Shown piece by piece: positions 1 to 8,238 of a stretch of DNA of 32,000 nucleotides (position 1 is its first letter; each line of letters starts with the position of its first letter). The notes beneath the pieces were generated by a model. It did not search any database. It was not told the DNA's origin and worked only from the letters and a program-made list of their open reading frames with translations. The position numbers and the translations under genes are program-made. The DNA is from Sinorhizobium meliloti (GTDB lineage: Bacteria > Pseudomonadota > Alphaproteobacteria > Rhizobiales > Rhizobiaceae), in contig NZ_JAGIOS010000001.1 in NCBI RefSeq assembly GCF_017876815.1, positions 390,001 to 422,000 of the forward strand, written 5' to 3'.

Positions 1-1786
1 CAACCAGATCGCCGCCGGCGAAGTCATCGAACGACCGGCGAGCGCCGCGAAGGAATTGATCGAGAACGCGCTCGATGCGGGCGCGACCAGGATCGAGATC
101 GCGACCGCCGGTGGCGGCAAGACGCTCCTCAGGGTCACCGACAACGGCATCGGCATGTCGCCGGCCGATCTCGAACTGGCGATCCGCCGACATTGCACCT
201 CCAAGCTCAATGACAGCCTCGCCGACATCCGGACGCTCGGCTTCCGCGGCGAAGCCCTGCCTTCGATCGGATCGGTGGCGCGCCTGTCGATCACCACGAG
301 GACGGCGGAGGCCCGGGAAGGCGCGGCGATCACGGTCACCGGCGGCAGGAGCGAACCCGCACGCCCGTCGGCCGCTATCGTAGGCACCGTGGTCGAGGTG
401 CGCGACCTCTTCTTCGCGACCCCGGCGCGGCTGAAATTCATGAAGTCGGAAAAGGCCGAGGCGGCTGCGATCTCTGAAGTCGTCCGGCGTATGGCGATCG
501 CCTTTCCGAGAGTGCGTTTCGTGCTTTCCGGCTCCGATCGCACGACGCTCGAATTCCCCGCAACAGGCGACGACCGGCTGGCACGGATGGCGCAAGTGCT
601 CGGCCGCGACTTCCGCGACAATGCCATCGAGATCGACGCCGAGCGCGAGGGTGCACGGCTGACGGGCTTTGCCGGTGTCCCGACCTTCAACCGCGGCAAT
701 TCGCTTCAGCAATATGCCTTCGTCAACGGCCGCCCGGTCCAGGACAAGCTGATCATGTCCGCTCTCCGCGCCGCCTATGCCGAGACCATCCCGCAGGGGC
801 GCTACCCGATCGCGGTTCTGTCGATCACGCTCGATCCGGCTCTAGTTGACGTCAACGTCCATCCGGCAAAATCGGACGTGCGCTTCCGCGATCCCGGACT
901 GATCCGCGGCTTGATCATCGGCGCCATCCGCGAGGCGTTGACGCGTGAGGGAGACCGGGCGGCGACGACCGGGGCGCATGGATTGATGCGCGCCTTCCGC
1001 CCCGAGTTCCACCGGGCAGGCCAGCAAAGGCCGCAGGAACCCTGGAGTGCAGCCGCCTCGCCCCATCGGCCGCTGCGCTTCGAAGAGGCCGCGCGCGGTT
1101 TTGCAGAAGCACCACAGGCGGCCTTCTCTGATTTCGCCCAGCCGTCTGCGCGCAGCGCTGCCGCCGCCGTCGAGGCGACGCGGGCGACCGATGGACAGGC
1201 GGCCTCCTTCCCGCTTGGCGCCGCCCGCGCCCAGCTTCACGAAAACTATATCGTCGCCCAGACCGACGACGGCCTCGTCATCGTCGACCAGCACGCCGCC
1301 CATGAGCGGCTCGTCTTCGAGACGATGCGAACGGCGCTCCACGCCCGCCCGGTGCCCGCGCAGGCGCTGCTCATTCCGGAGATCGTCGGCCTGCCGGAAG
1401 ACGATTGCGACCGGCTGATGGCGCATGCCGAGGAGTTCACGCGGCTCGGGCTGGCCATCGAGCGCTTCGGCCCGGCGGCGGTCGCCGTCCGCGAAACGCC
1501 GGCAATGCTCGGCGAGATGGACGCCGCCGGACTGGTGCGGCAGCTTGCCGACGAGCTTGCGGAATGGGACACGGCCAGTGGACTTGCAGGGCGGCTCGAA
1601 TATCTGGCCGCCACCATGGCCTGCCACGGCTCCGTGCGCTCCGGCCGCCGCCTGCGCACCGAGGAGATGAACGCCCTGCTTCGCCAGATGGAGGCGACGC
1701 CCGGCTCCGGGCAATGCAATCACGGCCGGCCGACCTATATCGAACTCAAGCTCGCCGACATCGAGCGGCTTTTCGGCCGGAGTTGA
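1..1786 (+). CDS. mutL: DNA mismatch repair endonuclease MutL, 5'-truncated at the window edge
   Basis: The frame is open from nt 2 ([28 protein letters not shown], the MutL/GHKL ATPase N-terminal motif) and runs into listed ORF 56..1786. The C-terminal [21 protein letters not shown] and CNHGRPT motifs are typical of endonuclease-type MutL. TGA stop at 1784-1786. Confidence 0.95.
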   Translation, partial: NQIAAGEVIERPASAAKELIENALDAGATRIEIATAGGGKTLLRVTDNGIGMSPADLELAIRRHCTSKLNDSLADIRTLGFRGEALPSIGSVARLSITTRTAEAREGAAITVTGGRSEPARPSAAIVGTVVEVRDLFFATPARLKFMKSEKAEAAAISEVVRRMAIAFPRVRFVLSGSDRTTLEFPATGDDRLARMAQVLGRDFRDNAIEIDAEREGARLTGFAGVPTFNRGNSLQQYAFVNGRPVQDKLIMSALRAAYAETIPQGRYPIAVLSITLDPALVDVNVHPAKSDVRFRDPGLIRGLIIGAIREALTREGDRAATTGAHGLMRAFRPEFHRAGQQRPQEPWSAAASPHRPLRFEEAARGFAEAPQAAFSDFAQPSARSAAAAVEATRATDGQAASFPLGAARAQLHENYIVAQTDDGLVIVDQHAAHERLVFETMRTALHARPVPAQALLIPEIVGLPEDDCDRLMAHAEEFTRLGLAIERFGPAAVAVRETPAMLGEMDAAGLVRQLADELAEWDTASGLAGRLEYLAATMACHGSVRSGRRLRTEEMNALLRQMEATPGSGQCNHGRPTYIELKLADIERLFGRS

Positions 1787-1879
1787 GAACCTGCCGGAAC
1801 CATATTCCGAAACCGCTGGTTTTTTGCAGAGCGCCACGATAGATCAGGACGTTCACGAGAAGACGAGGCCCGTTCAGGC

Positions 1880-2113
1880 ATGATGAACCGTTTTGAAGGA
1901 AGCTCCTCCCGGGAGGCGAAGATCCGCTATCTCGACGGAGACTTCCAAGTCGTACTTGCCGGCTCGCACGTGATCTGTGCCGTTACGGGCAAGCCCGTCC
2001 CGGTCGATGAACTGCGTTACTGGAGTGTCGCCCGCCAGGAAGCTTACGTCGATGCTGCCGCCTCGCTCGAGGCTGACCGACGCGCCGGCGTTTTGCCGGG
2101 TCAGCAGCCATAG
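1880..2113 (+). CDS. Small conserved alphaproteobacterial protein, DUF2093-like (77 aa)
   Basis: ORF MMNRFEGSSSREAKIRYLDGDFQVVLAGSHVICAVTGKPVPVDELRYWSVARQEAY. The GDF..V..G..V.CAVTG.P...DEL.YWSV..QEAY pattern matches my memory of DUF2093. It is convergent with lpxK. Confidence 0.6.
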   Translation: MMNRFEGSSSREAKIRYLDGDFQVVLAGSHVICAVTGKPVPVDELRYWSVARQEAYVDAAASLEADRRAGVLPGQQP

Positions 2114-2235
2114 AGCACTTCACTCTTCTGTCAGCCCCTCGCCCGCTTGCCGTAATGAACACCGGAAGCTTCATCCCCGTCGGCGACCATATCTGCAACT
2201 TTGCCTTCCCAGCACGATGCCCTCCGTAACCAGCA

Positions 2236-3276
2236 TTAGCCCGCCTTACGCTCGCGCAATCGGCGGGCACGGGCGGAGGCAAGTGCCGCGTCGATGATCT
2301 TTCCCGGCGCTGCCGGATCGTCGAAGCGCACTTCGATCTCGATCACGCGGCTCTTTGCCGCCAGTTCCCCTGCCCGCCCGTGGCCGGGCTCCAGACGGAC
2401 CATGTCCTTGGCCGTGGTCACCAGCGTGTAGCCCCGGCTTGCGGCGCGGTCGATTAGGTCGGCAATCTCGTCCTCGGAGAAATGATGGTGATCCGGGAAG
2501 CTCCGGGTCTCTTCGATGACCGCGCCGGTCTCGCGAACGGTCTTGAAGAACTTCTCCGGATCGGCAATTCCGGCCCAGGCAAGGACCTTGACGCCGTCGA
2601 GCGACCCTGCATCCGTGCGCACCGTTTCGGCCACATAGACGGGCTTGCCGGCCCGAGCCGCCCGGCGGACGAGAGGATCGGCGGCGGAACCGTGGCCGAG
2701 TTTCAGCAGAGCGTTGGCATGGCGCAGCTGATTGCCGATCGGCGCCCGAACGGGGCCGGAAGGCACGAGATGGCCGTTGCCGATACCGCGGCCGGAATCG
2801 ACCACGAGAAGGGCGAAATCGAAGACGAGCCGGGCACTCTGGAATCCGTCATCCATGATGATGATGTCAGCGCCTTCCGCGGCAAGCTTGCGTGCGCCAT
2901 CCACTCTGCGGCGGCAGATCACGGTCAGCGCCTCGCGGGCAAGCAGCAGCGGCTCGTCGCCGACATCGCGCGCGCGATGGTGCTCGGGGTCGACCACGGT
3001 CGTGACGTCCAGCGACCCGCCATAACCGCGGCTCAGGAAAGCGGGCTTCAGGCCGCGTGCCCTGGCGGCCCGCGCAATCGCGATCGCCGTCGGCGTCTTT
3101 CCGGCTCCGCCGACGGTGAAGTTGCCGATGCAGATCAGCGGTACGGCGGAGGTCGCCCGCCGCGCCCGGTCCATGCGCATCCCGGCGATCCGGCCGTACA
3201 CCCAGGAAAAGGGCCAAAGAGCGTAGGCGCGCCAGTCGGCCTTGGTCCACCAGAACGGGGGCGCTTCTGAAACCAT
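2236..3276 (-). CDS. lpxK: Tetraacyldisaccharide 4'-kinase (lipid A biosynthesis)
   Basis: Listed ORF 2236..3483. The homology-consistent start is Met70 ([28 protein letters not shown]), ATG at 3274-3276. Walker A motif [12 protein letters not shown]; SRGYGG motif. Confidence 0.9.
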   Translation of the reverse strand: MVSEAPPFWWTKADWRAYALWPFSWVYGRIAGMRMDRARRATSAVPLICIGNFTVGGAGKTPTAIAIARAARARGLKPAFLSRGYGGSLDVTTVVDPEHHRARDVGDEPLLLAREALTVICRRRVDGARKLAAEGADIIIMDDGFQSARLVFDFALLVVDSGRGIGNGHLVPSGPVRAPIGNQLRHANALLKLGHGSAADPLVRRAARAGKPVYVAETVRTDAGSLDGVKVLAWAGIADPEKFFKTVRETGAVIEETRSFPDHHHFSEDEIADLIDRAASRGYTLVTTAKDMVRLEPGHGRAGELAAKSRVIEIEVRFDDPAAPGKIIDAALASARARRLRERKAG

Positions 3277-3418
3277 CTTTACTCGTAAATATCCGTGCGG
3301 CCGCTCCTGGCACCTCGTGGGCAGGAAGGGCAAATCCAGAACTTTCCGCCGCCGGCATCGGCCGTGAGCGGTGTGACCGGCGACAAAGAACGTCAGAACG
3401 GAGAAAAAGGCAAGCCGA

Positions 3419-4129
3419 TCAGTTGGTGAGCACCGCTTCCAGCTCGGTAATATCGGCGAGGCAGTGGTCGCAAGCCGCGGCAAGCGACTGGCGCGATCCC
3501 GTGCCGGTCAAGACGGCAACCGTCATGCCGACGCCGGCACTGCGGCCCATATGCATGTCGTGATTGTTGTCGCCGACCACGGCCACTTGGTCGGGTGCAA
3601 GCCCCGTTGCGGCACAAAACCCGAGCACCATGCCGGGCTCCGGCTTTGTCCCAAAGCCGCTGTCGTAGCCGGCGACGTAATGCAGGTAGTCCTCGAAGCC
3701 GAAGCGCTTGGCGGTCTCCCGGATCGACCGCTCGTTGTCGCTCGAGGCGACGCCGAGCCGGTAACCTTTCGCGTGCAATCCGGCAAAAAAGGACGCGAGA
3801 TCGGTCACGGGCACGGCATAATGCGCGGATTGTGCAAAGAGCCCGTCGAACACCGCCGTCAATTCTTCCACGGTAAACGGCGCGCCGGCGCCGACCATGC
3901 CGGTGGCAATCTCCACCGTATTGCCGGCCGCAAGCAGGCTGTCGGGAACGACATGTCCGCTGTCCGGATCCATCCCGCCCGCCTGAAGGAGGACACGCGC
4001 GAGGCTCTCGTTGCCCTTGGCGGCGATCCGCGCCAGCTCGTAATTCACCGGCACCCAGCTCTTCACATAATCGAGAAGGGTGCCGTCCTTGTCGAACAAT
4101 ATGCCGGCGATCGGTTTCGTTGCGGGCAT
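3419..4129 (-). CDS. HAD-superfamily (subfamily IA-like) phosphatase/hydrolase
   Basis: Motif I is [11 protein letters not shown] conserved Lys lies in [10 protein letters not shown]. Motif IV is [11 protein letters not shown]. 236 aa, lying between waaA and lpxK on the same strand. Confidence 0.85.
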   Translation of the reverse strand: MPATKPIAGILFDKDGTLLDYVKSWVPVNYELARIAAKGNESLARVLLQAGGMDPDSGHVVPDSLLAAGNTVEIATGMVGAGAPFTVEELTAVFDGLFAQSAHYAVPVTDLASFFAGLHAKGYRLGVASSDNERSIRETAKRFGFEDYLHYVAGYDSGFGTKPEPGMVLGFCAATGLAPDQVAVVGDNNHDMHMGRSAGVGMTVAVLTGTGSRQSLAAACDHCLADITELEAVLTN

Positions 4130-4165
4130 GATCCCTTCCAGAATCGAGGCTTCAGGCTTCGGTTT

Positions 4166-5479
4166 TCAGGCTTCAGGGCGCGGCTCCAGCCGCGCCTTCA
4201 CCACCAGCGGGTTGATGTAAGGATCGAGCCCCTTCATCGTCGCCGTCAGCGCGCCCCGCATCTGTTGCACGGTTTCGAGTCCGGCATTGATCATCGAGCG
4301 ACGCATGTCGTCGTTGGCGAGCAGGTAGTTGACGCCCTTGGCGAGCATCTCCGTATCGCGCACGATCTTGGCGCTGCCGTTCTTGGCGAGCATCTGGTAG
4401 GTCTCGCGGAAATTCTGAACGTTTCCGCCGGAAAGCACCGCGCAGCCGAGCATTGCCGGCTCGAGCGGGTTCTGGCCGCCCTCGGCGAATAGCGAACGTC
4501 CGACGAAAGCGACTTCCGTCAGCCTCAGATAGAGCCCCATCTCGCCGATCGTATCCCCGAGTAGAATGTCGACTTCAGGTGTGACCGGATCGCCGCGCGT
4601 GCGGCGCGCGACCTTCAACCCCTTCGCGACCAGGGCAGCCTCGATCGCGTCGCAACGCTCCGGATGGCGAGGAACGATGATCGTCAGCAGCCCGGTTCTC
4701 TCCTTCAGCGCCTGGTGGACCGTCCCGGCCGCATTCTCCTCACCCTCGAAGGTCGAGATCGCAGCCCAGGTCTTTCGCGCACCGATCTGCTGGCGGTATT
4801 CGCGCAGGTCCCGGGGATCGTGCGGCGGCGCCTCGTTGTCCACCTTGAGGTTGCCGGAGACGGTGACCGGGAGCGCACCGAGCGTGCGGAAACGCTCCGC
4901 GTCGACATCGGATTGAGCGATGACGAGCGCGAGATTTTCGAAGAGAGCATCGGCAAGCGACGGCCGGCGCCTCCATCGGGCGAAGGTGCGGTCGGAAAGG
5001 CGGCCATTGACCAGAACCTGCGGAATATGGCGCCGGCCGAGCTCGATGATCGTCATCGGCCAGATTTCCGATTCTGCGATGATCGCCAGATCCGGCTGCC
5101 AATATTCCAGGAAACGGCTCACCGCCGGCTTGAAATCGAGCGGCACATACTGGTGCACGACGGCCGAGCCCAATCGCTCTGCGGCGACCCGCGCCGAGGT
5201 CGTCGTACCGGTGGTCAGCACCACGGCGATGCCGCGGCGGCGGATCTCCTTGATCAGCGGAGTGACTGCATTCGTCTCTCCGACACTGGCGGCGTGAAAC
5301 CAGACGAGAGGGCCCTGGGGACGCGGCGCACTGGCATAGCCATAGCGTTCGCGCCGGCGTGCCGGGTCCTCCTTGCCCTTCGCCGCGCGGAGCGCAAGAT
5401 AGGACCAGAAGAAGGGATAGACGGCCGTTCCGAGCCAGCGATAGCCGGAAAGTGCCAGCCTTGCGCGCAGGCTGCTCAT
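4166..5479 (-). CDS. waaA: 3-deoxy-D-manno-octulosonic acid (Kdo) transferase
   Basis: Listed ORF 4166..5578. The likely start is Met34 (MSSLRARLALSGYRWLG), ATG at 5477-5479. WFHAASVGE N-terminal motif and overall KdtA/WaaA glycosyltransferase layout. Confidence 0.9.
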   Translation of the reverse strand: MSSLRARLALSGYRWLGTAVYPFFWSYLALRAAKGKEDPARRRERYGYASAPRPQGPLVWFHAASVGETNAVTPLIKEIRRRGIAVVLTTGTTTSARVAAERLGSAVVHQYVPLDFKPAVSRFLEYWQPDLAIIAESEIWPMTIIELGRRHIPQVLVNGRLSDRTFARWRRRPSLADALFENLALVIAQSDVDAERFRTLGALPVTVSGNLKVDNEAPPHDPRDLREYRQQIGARKTWAAISTFEGEENAAGTVHQALKERTGLLTIIVPRHPERCDAIEAALVAKGLKVARRTRGDPVTPEVDILLGDTIGEMGLYLRLTEVAFVGRSLFAEGGQNPLEPAMLGCAVLSGGNVQNFRETYQMLAKNGSAKIVRDTEMLAKGVNYLLANDDMRRSMINAGLETVQQMRGALTATMKGLDPYINPLVVKARLEPRPEA

Positions 5480-5516
5480 GAACGCTTGCCCTCCGCCGCG
5501 TCCGACGCCGACGGCA

Positions 5517-5753
5517 TTACTTCGCTTCCGGATCGAGCAGGCGATGCATGTGGACGATGAAGTAGCGCATATGCGCATTGTCGACGGTCATCTGGGCCTT
5601 GGCTTTCCAGGCGACATGCGCGCTCTCGTAGTCCGGGAAGATGCCGACGATATCCAGATTTTCGAGGTCGCGAAACTGCACGCCGGTTAGCGTCGCCAGT
5701 TCGCCGCCGAAGACGAGGTGCAGCCGTTGTTTTTTCTCGGAGTCGTGAGCCAT
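5517..5753 (-). CDS. DUF4170 domain protein (78 aa)
   Basis: LHLVFGGEL...DIVGIFPDYESAHVAWKAKAQMTVDNAHMRYFIVHMHRLLDP matches my memory of the DUF4170 family, which is usually found next to waaA in alphaproteobacteria. Confidence 0.75.
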   Translation of the reverse strand: MAHDSEKKQRLHLVFGGELATLTGVQFRDLENLDIVGIFPDYESAHVAWKAKAQMTVDNAHMRYFIVHMHRLLDPEAK

Positions 5754-5813
5754 CGAAGTTCCATCTGTGTTCTTATTGGTGTTGGGGTGGTTTGCGGCAT
5801 TCGCCCCTAAAGG

Positions 5814-6632
5814 TCAATGGGGCTCAAGCGGCCTGGAGGCGGCGAGCAATGCCGGCAGCGCGGTTCCCGAGGCGGCCCCCAGAACGCCGTGGGTGACAGT
5901 CGGGCGGTTGTAGGACAGGGGCTCGCCATCGAGACCGCAAAGCGCCCCGCCGGCGCGCGAAAGGATGAGGTCGGCGGCCGCTAAATCCCAATCGTGCGAA
6001 TTCCGCTTGACGATCGTACCGTCGATGCGGCCATCCGCGATCATCGCAAGACGATAGGCGAGCGACGGTACGTGCGAGACGCGCATCATCGTGTTGCGAT
6101 AGGGTAATGCCAGCCTGCCCATGACATCCTCGGCCGCCGCCACCTTCAGCACCGCGCCGGATTCCGCCTCCCGCACGGCAATCGCCTTGCCGTTCTTCCG
6201 CGCTTCGCCATCGCGGGTCGCCTGGAATATCTCGTTGAGGGAGGGCGCATAGAGAACGCCGGCCACAGGCTGGCCACGGTGGACGATGGCGACGCTGACG
6301 CACCAGAGATCCTTGCCGGCGATGAAGGCCCGGGTGCCGTCGATGGGATCGACGACAAAGACGGTCTCGCGGACGAGGCGGCTTTCGTCGTCGTCGGTCT
6401 CCTCCGAAAGCCAGCCATAGTCCGGCCGTGCACCGAGCAGCCGCCCCTTGAGGATGTCGTTGGCGGCGAGGTCGGCCTCGCTCACCGGGGAACGGCCCTC
6501 ATTTTTCCAGCGGACGTCCAGCGTCTTGCGGAAATAGCCGAGCGCAGTGTCGCCCGCCGCGACTGCAGCAGTAAGAATGAGTTCGAGGTCCTCGTCCCAG
6601 GCCGGGAGGATCGAAAGGGCTGTTTCTGACAT
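5814..6632 (-). CDS. Inositol monophosphatase family protein (CysQ/SuhB-like phosphatase)
   Basis: Metal-binding and signature motifs WLSEETDDD, VVDPIDGTRAF and HDWDLAAADLIL. ATG at 6630-6632. Confidence 0.85.
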   Translation of the reverse strand: MSETALSILPAWDEDLELILTAAVAAGDTALGYFRKTLDVRWKNEGRSPVSEADLAANDILKGRLLGARPDYGWLSEETDDDESRLVRETVFVVDPIDGTRAFIAGKDLWCVSVAIVHRGQPVAGVLYAPSLNEIFQATRDGEARKNGKAIAVREAESGAVLKVAAAEDVMGRLALPYRNTMMRVSHVPSLAYRLAMIADGRIDGTIVKRNSHDWDLAAADLILSRAGGALCGLDGEPLSYNRPTVTHGVLGAASGTALPALLAASRPLEPH

Positions 6633-6646
6633 GCAAATCCTTACAC

Positions 6647-6734
6647 GCGGCGCTGTAGCACTTTGATCTGCTGCATGTTTTTGTCCTTTAATCGGATACG
6701 ATTAAAGGAAACATGCAGTAGTGCAACGCGCCGC
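6647..6734. repeat. 88-bp imperfect palindromic intergenic element (REP/RIME-like)
   Basis: Outer arms are GCGGCGCTGTAGCACT (6647-6662) and AGTGCAACGCGCCGC (6720-6734). Inner arms are CTGCATGTTT..CCTTTAATCG (6671-6694) and CGATTAAAGGAAACATGCAG (6699-6718). It fills the gap between the pmbA stop and the IMPase-family start. The minus strand reads ATGCAGCAGATCAAAGTGCTACAGCGCCGCGTGTAA. Confidence 0.55.
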
Positions 6735-6740
6735 CCACAT

Positions 6741-8087
6741 TCATGTTCCGGCGATGGTCATCCCTTCGACCGCAAGCGTCGGCGCGGCGATGCCGAACTT
6801 CCTGTCGATGTCGTCGGCCGGCGTCAGCGCCATGAACATCTGCTTGAGGTTGGAGGCGATCGTGACCTCGGAAACGGGATAGAGGATTTCGCCGTTTTCG
6901 ATCCAGAAGCCGGAGGCGCCGCGACTATACTCGCCCGTCACCATGTTGACACCCTGGCCGATGAGCTCGGTGACATAGAAGCCGGTGCCGACGCCGCGGA
7001 TCAGGTCATCGCGCGAGATGGAGCCGGGGTCGAGGGCGAGATTGGTCGAAGCCGGGCTGACCGCCGGCCCGCCGCGAACGCCGCGCCCGTTGGTTTCGAG
7101 GCCGAGCTCCCTGGCTGCGGACGTGGACAGGAACCAATGGCGCAGCACGCCATCCTCGACCATCGACAGTTTCGAGCCGCTGACCCCCTCCCCGTCGAAA
7201 GGACGCGAGGAGGCGCCGCGGACGATCAACGGATCGTCGGTAACGGCAATGCCCGATTTCATGATCTGCTTGCCCATCATGTCGCGCAGGAAGCTCGTCT
7301 TGCGGGCAACCGACGCGCCGTTGATGGCTCCCGCCAGATGACCGGCGAAGCCGCGTGCGACGCGCGGATCGAAAACCACCGTCACGTTCTTCTGCGTCGC
7401 GACGCGGCGGGGATTGACGCGGGCCGCCGCCCGTTCGCCGGCGACGCGGCCGATATCCTCGGCAGTGCGGAGCTCATCGAAATAGAGGCGGCTGTCGAAG
7501 TCATAGTCGCGCTCCATCTTGGTGCCTTCGCCCGCGATCGCGCTGACGGAGCAGCCGAAACGGGTGGCCATATAGGAGCCGGAAAAACCATGAGACGTGA
7601 CGAGCACGAGCCCGCCCATGCCGGCCGATGCGCCGGCCCCGCTGGAATTGGTGACTCCGGCGACCGAAAGCGCGGCCCCTTCGGCGGCGAGCGCCGTCTC
7701 CGTGAGTGCTTCGGTCGATACGTCGCGACTGTCGAAAAGTTCGAGATCCGGATAGGACTTCGCCAGGCGATCGGGGTCGGCGAGCGATGCGTAAGGATCC
7801 TCCGGCGACGCCTTGGCCATCGCCACCGCACGCTCTGCCAGGACCTTCAAATCGAAGCCCGGATTGGCGGAGACGCTGGCAACGCGCCGCCCGACAAAGA
7901 CCCTGAGCGAGAAATCGTCGCTCTCGGAAGCTTCCGTCGCCTCCACCTTGCCGAGCCGCACCGAAACGGAACGGGAGCGGCCACGCACCACCACGGCATC
8001 TGCGGCATCCGCGCCGGCGCGGCGGGCCTGATCGACAAGCTCGGCGGCGCGTTGCTCGAGGACGGCGGAATCGATCGTCTCAGACAT
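6741..8087 (-). CDS. pmbA: PmbA/TldE (TldD/PmbA family metalloprotease component)
   Basis: 448-aa ORF with typical PmbA organisation: N-terminal ...ADAVVVRGRSRSVSVRLGKVE... and C-terminal ...GEYSRGASGFWIENGEI..PV.EVTIA.N. Confidence 0.9.
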   Translation of the reverse strand: MSETIDSAVLEQRAAELVDQARRAGADAADAVVVRGRSRSVSVRLGKVEATEASESDDFSLRVFVGRRVASVSANPGFDLKVLAERAVAMAKASPEDPYASLADPDRLAKSYPDLELFDSRDVSTEALTETALAAEGAALSVAGVTNSSGAGASAGMGGLVLVTSHGFSGSYMATRFGCSVSAIAGEGTKMERDYDFDSRLYFDELRTAEDIGRVAGERAAARVNPRRVATQKNVTVVFDPRVARGFAGHLAGAINGASVARKTSFLRDMMGKQIMKSGIAVTDDPLIVRGASSRPFDGEGVSGSKLSMVEDGVLRHWFLSTSAARELGLETNGRGVRGGPAVSPASTNLALDPGSISRDDLIRGVGTGFYVTELIGQGVNMVTGEYSRGASGFWIENGEILYPVSEVTIASNLKQMFMALTPADDIDRKFGIAAPTLAVEGMTIAGT

Positions 8088-8238
8088 GATTTTGGCCTTT
8101 CATTCCTGTCCCATTTATTGTGCACTGAAGCATGCATCAAGGGCATCATCGTGATTCCCGCCCCAGCAGCAAAATGATATCCGGCCGAACAAGCCCTCTC
8201 CCACGGGCTCCCCGGCCGTTATAGCGGAAGCACCGAGC

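Noticed and set aside
3309-3324. A sigma54-like TGGCAC-N5-GGGCA motif.
   Set aside because: The -12 element is imperfect (GGGCA against TTGCA). It points into the antisense strand of the HAD gene, with no downstream plus-strand gene.
3277-3483. N-terminal extensions of track ORFs: lpxK 415 aa, waaA 470 aa, ribF 345 aa, HAD-IIA 302 aa, GST 269 aa, lipoprotein 220 aa, vapB 108 aa, hisS 511 aa, DUF305 144 aa.
   Set aside because: The track takes the most upstream ATG/GTG/TTG. The extensions lack homology-like sequence, sometimes overlap the upstream gene, and internal ATGs coincide with conserved N-termini and/or SD sequences.
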